A stretch of DNA of 63,960 nucleotides, filler included, from Phoronis australis (taxonomy: Eukaryota > Animalia > Phoronida): the NCBI GenBank assembly GCA_002633005.1. It is 9 parts of 9 records of this genome, joined end to end, with 100 filler letters (N's around TTAATTAATTAA, not from the genome) between each part and the next. Parts side by side here need not be neighbours in the genome. Positions count along the whole stretch, not along the records: positions 1 to 21,986 come from NMRA01001400.1; 8 more parts are not named here. One strand, written 5' to 3'. Below are positions 1 through 13,450 of this stretch, one piece after another. Both the position numbers and the translations under genes were made by a program. Positions within the stretch are counted from its first letter, which is position 1. Every line of letters starts with the position of its first letter. The notes under the pieces were generated by a model. It did no database searches, was not told where the DNA came from, and saw only the letters and a program-made list of their open reading frames with translations.

Positions 1-1212
1 CATGTCACATCAAAAAACCGGCTTAAACGGCGTTAAGAGGTTTTTTCTTCTATAACTCGGACCATAGGCCTTTAAGCAGTTTCCAAGAAATAGAAAAAAG
101 TCGTCAACAAAATTTATGCTGGTTTCAAGTTGGAAAACATATTTGTTTCTTTTGTGTTGTCATAATACATTTTTTTAATCAGCTCAAACTTGTAATGCAG
201 TGACGCGAATAACCATTTAAATCTGTTTAGATGCATTTGAATTTGATCAACGATGTTTATTTTACATTACAATGCAGTTTAATTTTACTGCCAGCCAAAA
301 GTATCTTGCTAAATGATGTTGTTGCTGCATTATGGACAATACGCAGTTTTAGCCGTGAGCATAAAAACGTCACTCTGCTTGGTCTCGTTTTATGAACAGC
401 ATAGGGGGGCTTACACAGAGTAGGTGAGATAATGGTTTTCTATCTGACAAGTAATGCCATGATTCGTTTTATCTCGTTGCCTGGCATCCTCTGATGATTT
501 TTCAAAGTTAGGTTTTATCAATTTCTGATTATTGACGCCGTTACCCAAACGGTGCTCCCGATACAATGCCCACCTATTGGCTTACATGATCATCTTTGCC
601 TATTTGATTGGCGTCGGTTCAGCGCTACTAATGATCTCGCGAAAAACCGCCCGATCATTCTAAGCATCGGTGCGGAACTCAATTGATCGACAACAGGCAA
701 ACGGCTTTTGACAAAACGGTCCAGACTCATGTGTTATTGTCTTATGTGTCGCATGACTGCACAAACCATTTCACCAATGTGCATTCATTTTGGATAGCCA
801 GAACATGGCGAATTTTTTCACTTTCTTATTTTTAGTTGAATCTGCTGTGATTAGCATTGACGAGAACATTACCACTGAATGAGGATGCCTGTGATATTTT
901 TCAGTGAAAATGTTAAAGCCTTTTGAATGATTATTTAGCGTGGTTCTAGGTAATATCATTCCAATCGAGTATGAAAAGCAACCACACTGCCTCGCTTATC
1001 TTGCTTATTTTGCTACACTTTTGCCTACGCTAGCTGGCGCGCAAGTGCCATTGTTGTTTATGGCGATTGCCCGGAGTCGTAAATAACATGTCTTGCGACA
1101 AATTCATTAAATTTCACTGCTACTCATAGTTACTTAGGGCCTAAAGATCGGTTTTTCGTTTTGTATAGTTCCCTCTACTTTCATTTAACGAGATTTTCAC
1201 ACGCTTTCCGGC

Positions 1213-1307
1213 AATAGTCTGGTATAACGTGCCCGCATTTTGAGAACGCACGTTATTTAGTGGGAAAAAATGGTTCTCAAAATTCGGGCACGTTATATCA
1301 GACGATT
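1213..1307. repeat. Short hairpin/MITE-like inverted repeat (~35-bp arms)
   Basis: Left arm AATAGTCTGGTATAACGTGCCCGCATTTTGAGAAC matches the reverse complement of the right arm (AATCGTCTGATATAACGTGCCCGAATTTTGAGAAC) with 3 mismatches and a ~25-nt spacer. Confidence 0.75.
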
Positions 1308-3339
1308 ACCAGCTTTTCTGTAAATAAATTAATAGTGTTTTGAACGATAATTAAATTTAGTAACCTTTGGAGCATAAAAAGTGCTCTGAGCTACTAAGTG
1401 TCGAGAAAGTATACAAACTAAGTACACATACAAATAGTTATTGGCTTCGTTATGGTTTTCAACAACTTTATTATTCGGCATGTTAAAAACAGTGGTTTAC
1501 AATTCTCCTTAGTTTAACGTTCAATAAGCAGTCAAGAGGATTAGTTGTGGGGTATTCGTGTATGTGTGTCTGTGTGTGCGTGTCTGTGGTGTTCTTTGTC
1601 TTTTTGTGTTATTGTAATGCCGATAAAAGTATTAAAAAAATAATAAATAGGTGAGAAATTCAGGCACGCGATTGTTCTTTTGGGCTGTGGTAACTGATTG
1701 ACACATAAAAGAAAATGGATATATCGGTAGAAGGGAAATAAGCAAAGACTCCGGAACAGGTATGCCGAAAACATGACTGCAGAGCAACGCGACTGAAGAA
1801 AAACGATTATGCAGTTATATTACATAGTAAACCTAACGCTTTTCTGCAAAAATTCTAAATGAGTGTTACTGAAGATACCCAGCCTTTTTTTGCTATCTTT
1901 TTGGAGGTTAAAAATAGATTTTTGGCATTTAATTGTAAAAACTATAGACCTAATTCACGCCGACAGGAGGCGCGTTCCAAAAACGAGGCTCGCTACGATA
2001 GCTCAGTTGGCTTATCGGCATAGTTGTATTCCTGTTGCTTGAACGTCTAGAAAAATATGGACTCTCAGCTGTCTGTTTTATAATCCCTAAGGACGGTGAG
2101 ATTCGAAGCGTTGGGTCGTTGCCATACGCCGCTACGAAGGAAAATATGCCCGTGTAAAATTTATAAATGTTTTCGAAAAGTTAGATCATATTTTGTCGCA
2201 TCTCGGTTGCCGAACACTGGGGGCAACGACCGAGCTTCGGCTAGCTAGAGGCTGAATTTTCATGACTACGGGTTGATGCATTTTTCTTTTCAAAAAGGAC
2301 AGAGCCCTCAATCCCTCGATTTTGGAGTCGAATATCAGTCCCATTCCCCTCTCAAAAATCCTGAAAAATGACTCGCGGAAATTCCCCCATGAGGCCTAAA
2401 AGTTCTCCTAGTAATTGAAAAGTTCTCTCCGGAGTTCAAATCACCTGTAACCACGCAGGTGACAATTTGAAAGAGCACAAAATGCTACTTAGTGAGACAG
2501 AGCCTATGAGAGCTTGCAACAGGGCGGGGGTGCTATTGATGGTGATCAGGAGGTAGATTTTCAACTCACTCAGTGCTCGGCGAAACAAATTCCCCTCTCA
2601 GAAGGTACAGACACCCTGAACAAACATGATAACTATGCTTGCTCTGTCCAAGTTAACTGAAATTGAGCTCTAAAACGAGGATATGCTTTGGACGAACGAA
2701 TTAGGTGCTTTAATTCAAAATTCAACTAGGTCTAGATTGAAACCTAACGCATGAAATAGACGTAAGAATTATTACCACCAAGAAAGTAGAATTTTTATTT
2801 TCAATTAAGAACCTGGTTTTTTATTTTAATAAAATTATATATCTAATAACGTCTATTATTCTTTCAGATCAACTGTTAGTCCCGGTAGTCCCTACTTCAC
2901 CAGGACCTAGGTTATGCTTGATGTAAATATTCTTTATCAACAAATAAAAACAGATGTGACTAATTGCATATGACGGCAAAATACGAGCAGATGACCTGGT
3001 TCGCGTAGAAAGCATTTTTATCAACAATTTACAACAAGAAACGTAACCCTGCATTCAGCATAATACCTAATCCGTAACACTGCGATCGCCGCAATTTGGT
3101 CATATTTACTTTCCATGTTTCGCACCTTCTTTCCCTAAGATAATCTTAAGATAATCAATGAACCGGCAAATATAACTTGAATCATTGAAAAATGAAAGTT
3201 ACTGACATCTTACAACAAAATTAATCCGTTTTCAAGATAACGTAGATTACTAAGTTTACTTAGACTGTCTTTTCTGTAACCCACGTAAATTTGCCATTTT
3301 TTAAAGAGAGTTGCCTCTGATGAAACGGAAAAAACTAAT

Positions 3340-6300
3340 GGGGCTATTCGGAAGATCTTCAATAACTAGAGGGCGTGCGTGTACTAGTGATGATAGATTA
3401 ACAGCCTCGATTTCGCGAGCCCTTTAAATACATGGTGAAATGGCTTGCAGCCGCGCCAACTGAATCTGAGATTGCGTAAAAAGGGTGCTTCTATGAGAGG
3501 AAGTAAGCACGACCTCATACAAAGGTAAGGTTTGTGATTATTTTAACGATTATTCCATGATTATTCTTCCGATGCCTGTTAACTGAGGCACTCGCCGATG
3601 TCGANNNNNNNNNNNNNNNNNNNNNNNNNNNNNNNNNNNNNNNNNNNNNNNNNNNNNNNNNNNNNNNNNNNNNNNNNNNNNNNNNNNNNNNNNNNNNNNN
3701 NNNNNNNNNNNNNNNNNNNNNNNNNNNNNNNNNNNNNNNNNNNNNNNNNNNNNNNNNNNNNNNNNNNNNNNNNNNNNNNNNNNNNNNNNNNNNNNNNNNN
3801 NNNNNNNNNNNNNNNNNNNNNNNNNNNNNNNNNNNNNNNNNNNNNNNNNNNNNNNNNNNNNNNNNNNNNNNNNNNNNNNNNNNNNNNNNNNNNNNNNNNN
3901 NNNNNNNNNNNNNNNNNNNNNNNNNNNNNNNNNNNNNNNNNNNNNNNNNNNNNNNNNNNNNNNNNNNNNNNNNNNNNNNNNNNNNNNNNNNNNNNNNNNN
4001 NNNNNNNNNNTATTTGGTACAACTGAATGTGTGGAAATAACAGGTAATACATGTTTGGGGAAAAGAGCATGGTGAGGTAATTCTTAACCTTCACGAAGTC
4101 CCTTCAAGTTGATTTCATGAAACTGTTTTGTTACTTGTATCAATTGTAAAACCACGAAAATATATTACATTTTCCGAATTCACAGTGACTGAATAGTCTT
4201 AACTCATGCCTTGAAATGTTGCAAGTCGTTATAAATTCAAATGACTGCCATTTTTGTGAAAATTGCATTTTTGATGGTGCCTTACGATTTATAATTACTC
4301 TTAAACAACAGAAAGATTACCCATCATTTTTAAATGACCCAAGTCTTCATATCTTCTATAAGAAGAAAAACGGTTCCCTCAACCTTACGCTAGAAGTATG
4401 CTTGACAGACCCTTGAACCTGTAATCTGAGTTTATAATTGCTGAAAGTATCAAAATTAAAAAGGCTTGAAAATGGGTAACAAAAGTTTCAAGTTGTCTCA
4501 AAAAATTGTATATTTTACAGACAAGTGATGCGTTTAAAGAATTGTTATGGCTAGGTATAAAAAATAAAGACACAGTTTTATGCAATACTCATTATATACA
4601 CCCTTGGTTTCTGAAAATAGTAATTATTTACTGTTATGTGAAACTGTAGACCAATCACCATATATTTTTCAAAAACAGGGATAACATTTTTGATCCAATC
4701 TGGAGTACTTAATTATCCATATTTCAATATTTGTTCCAGGTTCAGTGACATTTTAAGGCCACTTCAAGCTGTATCATAGACAAGCTTTGTTACTCCGTTC
4801 TGTTCCCACAGCACTTCCACACAACAGCAGTGCTGCATGGCACAATGTGCAAGTCAGTGGCCCTGGAGAAATGTGAATCGCAGTACTAAGTTACCATAAG
4901 ANACTTCCACACACCAGCAGTGCTGCATGGAACAATGTGCAAATCAGTGGCCCTGGAGAAATGTGAATCGCAGTACTAAGTTACCTTAAGACAATGTGCC
5001 AGTGGAGTGTCTGTGTATCCAGACATATCTGACTGCTACACAAATAAGCGTTGTTGGTGAGGATGCCCTTTCATAGGCAATGAGTCATGTGTGGACAATA
5101 GCTTATTTCCTTTCCTGGAAGAAACATGAGGGACTGAAGCTAAAGAAGACCTAGTCACACTCTGGTCTAGTTCAGAGTCTGATTTTGGGCTCAAAACGAT
5201 TCAAGTGATATGCTGCTGTGTTTACCTTCAAGGGTCTAATTGTGGATGTTATTGACGCTGAATAAAGTTACATGAAAGAAAGCCACGTGTTGAAACTGGA
5301 CCTTTTTTACAAGTGCTTCTATAGGCTATTGAAACTAGAACCCAGTGAAATGAAAGCCAAAAGCTGAGTGACATTAAATTTTCCTTTCAGAAGAAAGCCT
5401 TTATACTATTGGTAAAAACTTTTCAATTTGGTACAGATTATGGGGGAATGACATTCAGTGACTGCATCGATTGTCTTATTGTATGTTTTCAATTGTAGCT
5501 AGCTGGATAAGAATCTGCTATGCACAAGATTCGAGAATAAACAATTATCAGTGTATTTAAAAACAAATGGCAAACTGAAAAAGCACAGAAAGAAACAACA
5601 TTGCGAGGGAGTCCATAATCAGGCATATGAATTTCTGATTTACGTTCAATTCTCTCAGGTTATTGCTGAAGGATTGCTTTTCACTTTGTCCAACGGTGAA
5701 ATAGATGGTCAGGCGGTTGGTTTCAGTTGTTTTTTCTTGCCTGTAACAGAATAGAAATATTAGAAAATTGTAAAAGAAAAGACAAGACAAAACTACTTTT
5801 GTAAGGCAGAACATACTTGACATTTCATCTTCATGTTTATGTGTAGAAACTAATAACCTTTGTACCCAAGTCTTATTTAATATCTGCATAAAAATATGTG
5901 AAACAGGCTAAAAGTGATTTAACAATGTGTATTTTTCATGACACTTAAAATGTGCTTCTGATCTCAACAAGTAAAATTCATTCTAGGTGTCAATTTTTTT
6001 CCAATGCAATGTTACGACATTTACTGAATTAAGGCTTATTCATGTTAATTCGATAACTGAGCTGGTGGTCCTGGGGGTGGGGTCCACGATAAAATAAGGA
6101 AACTCACTCATCTAGAGAATTTTATTGGAAACAGCATAGTTTTGAAGAGAAACTGCTGTGAAAAAGTCACTCTTGACTTCTGTGCATCACGTACCATACA
6201 CCTCTTATTTTGGGAGCACTCCCACCCAGGACAATATGAATATGTGCTGCAAGCCTACCCGGCATCGGGTGAGTTTCCAAAAAGAAACACTTAGTTCCAC

Positions 6301-6696
6301 TCAATAAAACTGTTATTCAGTGGGGTAACTGGTGGGGATAACATCACCGAACGATGTTGATAGAAACTGATTGCTGAAAACTTACCAAGTATACTAATTA
6401 CTATAGACATGGAGCACACACGGGGCTTCAGCATCCACACACTTTTTGTCAGTTAGTTGACCTTGTTGACCGCAGTTGTCCACGAATGTAGTAACCTTAG
6501 GTCTTTTGGGAATTTGTGGCCACCTGTCGAAGACTTGCACCAGGGAAATTAGCAGTAATAAGGCTTAGCGCGACGACGTATTTTGATAAACACTCCATCT
6601 TTTACCAGTTGTTTACATGCAGACAGCCACGCATGCGCAATTCAATCACCACTAGTACAGCAGCGACACCGCGAGGAGAATTCTCCGAATAGCCCC
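3340..6696. mobile_element. Decayed ISL2EU-type (PIF/Harbinger-related) DNA transposon with convergent SAP/YqaJ-like and THAP remnants
   Basis: TIR GGGGCTATTCGGA...TCCGAATAGCCCC flanked by AT on both sides (3338-39, 6697-98). Plus strand: SAP-like exon QLNLRLRKKGASMRGSKHDLIQR ending at GTAAG (3457-3524) and YqaJ-like pieces (AVLHGTMCKSVALEKCESQY*; LKLKKT*SHSGLVQ...VFTFKGLIVDVIDAE*, ~4920-5310). Minus strand: THAP remnant PYYC*FPWCKSSTGGHKFPKDLRLLHSWTTAV (~6400-6600). Contains an N-gap at 3604-4010. Confidence 0.75.
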
Positions 6697-6984
6697 ATTC
6701 GATATAGTATTCATCTACAACAGGCAAAGACCGAAATACCTCATTTTCAAATCTAAAATAACCAAAGATAAACATATACTGTGCCGAACCTTTTGAGATT
6801 CTGACGGCATCATTTTTTCTGTCCGTTAAAAATCAAGGTGGTCAAAATCACGAAAGAACGTCCACCTACGTAGACGCAAGACAATTGGTTAATTAGCTAA
6901 GAAATAAAATCCCAATCACACAGTAAGCTGACATCGGGCAGCGAAGGGTTCCGTTTTAGAAAACATTTTGATGGTTTACTTTTA

Positions 6985-8074
6985 TGAGTTCCCACCATGA
7001 CCTCGTGTCTAAAAAAGAATTTTATTAATACATCTTAAGAGATTTTATAGCCTTTAGTATACCTGTTGCTAAGAAAAAATCCCAAACTTTTAAAAATTTT
7101 TTTTTAGATATCAAGCTTGTACGTAGTAGGTTGAAGACCGCCTCCGCCGTTGTTCTTACCAGTGCGATACTGAGGAGTTGTCCGCGGAGAACCGCCTTTT
7201 TCAAACATGAGGAGGTGCGTTTGTGGAGGCTGTAGTAACATAAACTTGCCTGAGAACGTCTTTGTGTTCAAATTTTCTAAATACGTGAAAGTTGCACAGG
7301 AATGGCATTGGTTTGTGTGCCGCACGAGAGCGTAGAATGTCAGTGTGGAACATGCGATTCAGTCGTGAGACACACTTTGTTCGCCGGACACATTTCAAGG
7401 AAGCGTGTTTCGACCAAACACAAAAGTGGCGTTAAGATGAAGGACTCGCCACCTTGTAATTGTATTTACAAAGTTTATAAATAACGGAAAATTTGCCTGA
7501 ATTCAAGGGCAAATGATAACAGGCTCTCTACCCCGGCCCACTACGACTCGTAGACTTATTCATTGTGTTTAGACCATGCTCATTTCATCATGGCAATAGG
7601 ATGACCCAAGCTTTACTGTGGCCGTTGTCATAGTGTCTATTTTGTGAATATTGGCAACCCCTTGGTTCAGTTGGTAGCAGCATTTTTTTCAGCAAGTGGT
7701 CGAGTTCATACGACCTCAAAGCCGACGGAAGTTCGCTAGATGCGAAATCGAATTCATTGTCTGATTCTTCAAGTACTTGAGGGTGATGCCCATATATATA
7801 CTCTCTTCTCTTCCTGCATGCTACTGAATTGTCCAGTTATCGCTCAAAATCGTCCTCGTCTTCTGATCTGCTGTGTATTGCCATTGCAATTGATTGTCAA
7901 GTGACTAAACGCCCCAATACATTATTTGGCGGGAAACTTGGAAATAACAAGTTTGTCTTCAAAGTTAATAAATTTACGACTCATTGCCATTAAAAGTGAT
8001 TATTTAATTAGATTTTATGGTATTGATTTCATATTAGCTAACTGAAACCTCAAAAAATGCATGGTGGGAACTCT
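6985..8074 (+). mobile_element. Non-autonomous Kolobok-like DNA transposon with THAP remnant
   Basis: TIR GAGTTCCCACCATG...CATGGTGGGAACTCT followed by TTAA (8075-78); left flank is TTTA. From ATG 7207: MRRCVCGGCSNINLPENVFVFKFSKYVKVAQEWHWFVCRTRA* (degenerate THAP C-x4-C...F...W). An acidic ORF remnant reads inward from the right end. Confidence 0.6.
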
Positions 8075-8670
8075 TTAAATACATAGGACTTTTCGGTGAC
8101 CCATGCAGATTTTACATTTTTGCCTGAGGTGCTTCGATTTATATGGTAGTATTTAGAAAACTAATTCCGTATCTCTGTGTACCCGCATTTTTGGAAAGTT
8201 GTACGAAGCAAAGACCAACAAACACTTTTGAAAATATCAAATATTAATTAAAACTGTGTTAAACGCTTTTAAGACTTTAAACTTAGTTTATGGGCACTTT
8301 TTGAATTGAAGTAGTGTTGCGCAGGTTTCGAAATAATACGGAAGCAGAAGAGAACTACTACATATGTTTTTATAGTAGTAATTATGCAATATGGGACTAT
8401 TATGTCAACAGTCCAGTGTGGATAAAACTGTGACTATATTGTCTCGGAAAATCATTGATTCCTCTAAGTTTCTCTTACTTACACGTCAAAGCCAAATAAT
8501 TCCTGCTGATTCACTATTAAGTAATTCCACAGCTTAGCAGTAGTATTGCATTCAGGAATTTGGTCTGTTATCAGCCAAACGGTGGATGGAATGATTCCTC
8601 GATCTATCCTTGGTTTTTCATCGGAGACGTCACTATGCACTGTCCATAGATAGGCAACTAACGCACACTA

Positions 8671-8927
8671 AATGAAACAATAGCAATACAGAGAGTTAAC
8701 ATGAGACCACCGTGCATCACAAGCCGTAATGAAACAAAAGCAATACAGAGCGTTAACGTGCGCCCACCGTGTGCATCACAGCCGGTAATAAAACAACAGC
8801 AACACAGAGCGTCAACATGGGCCCACCAGGTACATTACAGATGGTAATGAAACAAGAGTAATACAGAGCGTCAACGTGCGCCCATCGAGTGCATCACAGA
8901 CGATGATGAAACAAGTGTAATTCAGCG
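8671..8927 (+). repeat. ~59-bp diverged tandem repeat, ~5 copies, interrupted by a transposon and resuming at 9833-9877
   Basis: Unit ~AATGAAACAANAGCAATACAGAGCGTYAACGTGCGCCCACCGTGTGCATCACAGNCGGT. The fifth unit is split at TTAA. Confidence 0.85.
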
Positions 8928-8931
8928 TTAA

Positions 8932-9832
8932 ATTCGAAGGCAACCTTTTTTCACGTTATTTTTAGCAAAAATAAGGTTCGATGATTATCCCAGACATATT
9001 TTCCACTTAATTACAGCTTTTCGTAATTTAATTAATGATTCGTTCTCTAGGTGAAGTTTAGGGAGGCAAGGATTTCGCGCCAATTTCTTTTCCCATAGTC
9101 TGACTATATGAGCGTTGTCGAGTCAGTCATTCATCTACCTCGGTTGTCATAAGTTCAGTCGTAGTTTGCTTTTGTTTACGAGTCAGTCAAAATGACACAC
9201 TGTTGCTGCGTACCGGAATGTACTCATAATGGCCCAAAGCCTGTAAGCAGCCTTGCTGCGATGTTGAGTAGTGGGAGTGAATACAGGCACCGTTCGAAAC
9301 CCAGTGCAGAGGACAGTTCATCGTTCAATGAACAGATCGGTGAGCCAAACTTTGATAAGTTTATTGTGGACTTGTCTAAAGTATTAGAGCTATTTAGGAG
9401 GTGCCAGGTGTGTGGCGAGGGGATCACACGGCGGGGTGTAAAGAGTTTGTGTGCTCAGGTCACTATCAGTGGGAGTGTGTCGCGGACACTCGGGCAAGTG
9501 GGACAGTTGTTCCCCTGTCCGTGAGACGATAATGAGTACATCCCGGTACGCAACAACAGTGTGGCATGTTGACTGACTCGTAAACAAAATCACACGATGA
9601 TCGAACTTATCAAAACCGAGATAGAACAATAACTGATTCAACAGCTCTCACAGTCAGACTATACGAAAAGAAATAGGCTGGGAATTTTTGCCTCCCAAAA
9701 CGTCACTTCCGGAGTAGACAACGAATAATTAATTAAATTAGTAAAAGTTGTAATTAAGTGGAAAATGTGTCCGGGATAACCAACGAACTTTATTTTTGGG
9801 AAAAAAGACATGAAAAAATGTTGCCTTCTCCT
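8932..9832 (+). mobile_element. Internally deleted Kolobok-like transposon with ~300-bp TIRs and TTAA target-site duplication
   Basis: TTAA at 8928-31 and 9833-36; arms 8932-~9232 and ~9530-9832 are reverse complements. ORF 9192-9524 starts with THAP-like MTHCCCVPEC and contains KFIVDLSKVLELFRRCQVCG, resembling the Kolobok transposase N-terminal Zn-finger region. Confidence 0.75.
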
Positions 9833-12800
9833 TTAACGTGCGCCTACCGCGTGCATAACAGACGGTAATAAAACGAGGGGTGTTAATTGTGCAGGATCTC
9901 TTCATTAGAAACACTTCAAACAAACTTCATGAAGCTCTTGATATTAATTACGGCAGATGCAAAAACTTGTCTCTGGTGCACTACAATAGTCATATCCGTC
10001 AAAAAAATCTGCAGCACCTGTGCATTCTTCAATAGAAAAGCACATAACAAATTTCATAAAGATACAGCAAGAAACTTGGTTGATATTAAAGCAAATGTGA
10101 AGACTGGAAGTGTCTTTTGAGATAGCGGGCAGAAAAATCCGAAAATACATGTCTGATATGATCTCCACAATAGGAACAAATCTGCTTCATGGTGAATCCT
10201 CGATCAGCCATCTTGTTCACACTGCACGCCGACACCAGGGGGCTCCCGAATCGTCTGAAAATTAGACTGCAGCATAAAATTAAAGATTATTCCTCCACAT
10301 CTATGATTGCAGGTGGACTAGTAATTACGATAGTGAACGATTGCTAGACACTCAATCTAGTATCGACTAGCAAAGTGATCTAGAAGGATTATAACAGACT
10401 ATGTATGTCAGTTTTGCTGGAAGTGGTATGGGGAGTTATTGACAACAACCCGATTACGAAGATTAAAAGAATTATTTATAACTGTAGGAGAAACTACGTC
10501 GTTAATTTGCTGACCTTTGCACTAATTGATCACTTCCGGTGCATTATGAGACCTGATGAAGAATTAAGGGTAAACTCGATGAAAAGTGTGATTAATGCTA
10601 TGAATCAGCTACTTGTTGAGTCAAAATGTCAAAATTTCAGAAGAAAATGTACCTAACGATCCCATGGTTGCACCAGATGACCTGAAAATTTGGAATTAGA
10701 ATTCAATCACATGCATCAATCAGATACATGAACTTGAAATGCCTAGTTCAAAACTCAGTTTGCACTCCATGAGCTTTGGCCTGTTCAACTTGATTGGATG
10801 ATCCGATAACTTAGAGAGGTAAATTTTTAAACTGCCTTGTTGACTTACACCTGTGCACCAAATTTTAAAAAGAAAGTCTTAAAGAAGCAGTAGCATTTTG
10901 AAAATCATATGACCTTTGTACCAAATGGCCTCTCCCGGTACATTATAGAATATGATTGTTAGACCAGTCATTCTAGGGCTCCAGAGGGCCCAACCGAGAA
11001 AAAATTGCATCGGTAGGTTTTTACATAAATGGCATCTTCAAACATCCCTTGGTGACGGAAAAAAGTCTACCGAAATTGGAGTGGCGGAAGTCGGTTTTTC
11101 AAGATGGCAGAAAAAAGGCCACCAAAACCTGTGTTTACTGCTTTTTGGCATGTTCCTCCTACGCAACAGGTGGAAATAACACAAAAAATCTTGTCACTGA
11201 TTTAAATATTTTTCATAACAGGCATACCAATCAAAAGATGCCAATTTTTCGTAAAATAAAACCAATGTGGCCGACAAAATGGCGGCAGAAACGACAATTT
11301 GGTGTATGTTGCAATTTTTTTTTCATATTTTGCCCTGAAAATGGCAACATTTCTATGCATTTGTAAGCTAGACAATTGAAAACATCTGGACCTCACAGAT
11401 GGTCACTGATTGGAGAGAAAAAAAATCAAGATGGCTGACAAAATGGCCGACAACTCACAAATAACTCCAATTTATCGCATGTGCATTCTGCAAACTTTGT
11501 TTATAACCAGAAAATCATTTACACAAAAACATTTTACAATCTACATCTGTACAACTAGGCTTAATGAGTTGATTCATTATGAAGTTTGTTTTTAAGATTT
11601 GGGTACTTGATATGGAACTTTAATCACATTTTAGATTATTTAACGTAAAATTTGGTGTTTTTCAGAAAAGGCTCTAGTTAATTTTTTTCATAAGGAATTT
11701 CGTACACTCAATTTTTTTCTGTAAAACATATTCACTTGAAGCATCAAAAATAATATCTATTAGAAGAATTGTGGTGGAATTATTGGCTTATTCAGTACAC
11801 AAACCCTGAATCCAATTGGGCAGGAAGTGGCTTTGCTCTCTGCTATTGGAGAAATTATCAGTTGTTCCCATGCAAAGATTTCGTCTGCTACTGACGTGAG
11901 TCTTGACGAATTTGGCAGCTGATTTCACCTGAATTTGATGAAAAATAAATAAATTTGTGTAACAAGAAGTTAATAATTAAATGTTGAACATTTTGTACTC
12001 AAAATCGGTTTAATATGCATCTTTTTATGAACATAGGTAACTGGTGTCAGAGGAAATTAGTGCCAACAAACCAAACGACACTGATCTGCAGTCACTTGTT
12101 CTCAGCCAAACTTGGCTGATTTTATACTGAGATGAGCTTTCTGGGATTTATTGGATACGTAATGTCAGGCAATAGGTTTCAAGTACTTGAGACAATGTAT
12201 GCACCAAACAGTGTGATCCATATGTTAAATTAAAAAAGTGTGGATGGAGCAGGGAGGGGGCATATGTTGGTGGACTCAGAACTGCCAGAGCGTTCAACAT
12301 CCCACTTCCAAATATTGACAGATAAAGTAACGCCAATCCAGAACCAATGACTTCAGGATTACAAGAAAGAAGTTCCGGATCTTCAGAATTTCCAGGAGTC
12401 CCGAATGTCACCAATACAGAACAAAGATACCGTGCCAAGAGGTAAGAGCAATTCAATGCTTGTACACAAACTTTTGATCGTCAAAATATATGGAGACAGA
12501 TTGTTCAGACATCTCAACTGAACACATAACCATAGATGTACACACTGGGACATGCGATGCTCAGACAGTGTCTTCCGATTCTGAACCTTGGATTACAGTG
12601 GAATACGCTCACGAGAGTTCACTTCTGGCTTCTTACATACTGCCACTGGTATATTCAAACAGGACTGAATCAGATTGTAGGACCTCAGAATTTTTCAGAA
12701 GGATCAATGGTCACTGATATACTTGATGATGATTCGAACGCTGGTCTGAAGCTGTATGATGATCTTATTGCTGTTTAGCGATGTATGCTCGTCGGAGTGT

Positions 12801-12839
12801 CTTGCAGAAATCCATAAAAAACGAACAACAAAAATCAGA

Positions 12840-13440
12840 CTGTCTTTGCAAAATCGAACCAGCAGCCTCTGACTACAGTATATAGAAATGAATGACACCT
12901 TTCGATTTTTCTAAAAGCAGAAATAACGTCAAATTGGGAACTTCAGCTAAAAGTAGTTTCTGATATGCTGCCTTAGTTTGCGGCTGCTAATTACATCTCA
13001 TATGCAAAATCTGCATAAATGTACTTGCAGCTGATGCACCAACTCAAAGACACCCATCCAGACGTCTACACCACTTTTATTAACGGCCACCATGCCATAA
13101 GACCAAGTGACAGATTCTGGGCAGGCTTGTCATCTGACCTTATAATTGAACAAACGCTGATGAAACCTATTAAATCATCAGGAGGTTCAACTAAAGGTTG
13201 CGGAATGGGAGATACGCAACATGCACTGTGGTTGCTTTCCATGCCGGCATGCATGCTAAAGTATAAATGGTGCCATGCAGAGTATGAAAAACTTGAGTTG
13301 CGCAACTAGTGAACTGCAAACAGAATTTACCCTGGTAAGACAGTCGCGGGATGACAAAAACGTCCTCGGCCTTGTTGAATTCCTCCACAACAGAAACCCA
13401 TTTGAAGGGGATTACGGAACATCGGCACTGTTGTGACTGC
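12840..13440 (+). pseudogene. Academ-like DNA transposase fragment with stops and frameshifts
   Basis: Reads ...RTSSL*LQYIEM...NWELQLKVVSDMLP*FAAANYISYAKSA*MYLQLMHQLKDTHPDVYTTFINGHHAIRPSDRFWAGLSSDLIIEQTLMKPIKSSGG...WLLSMPAC, the conserved core of large invertebrate transposon proteins I recognise as Academ-type. Upstream 10970-11480 has repeated AA(A/G)ATGGC motifs like a terminal region. Confidence 0.6.
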
Positions 13441-13450
13441 ATGCACACGC

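Noticed and set aside
3579-4094. ORF-track entries of 171 and 142 aa
   Set aside because: Almost entirely N-gap.
4813-4991. ~90-bp direct duplication
   Set aside because: The copies are separated by a single N (4902) and differ by a few bases; typical unmerged contig overlap or haplotype artefact.
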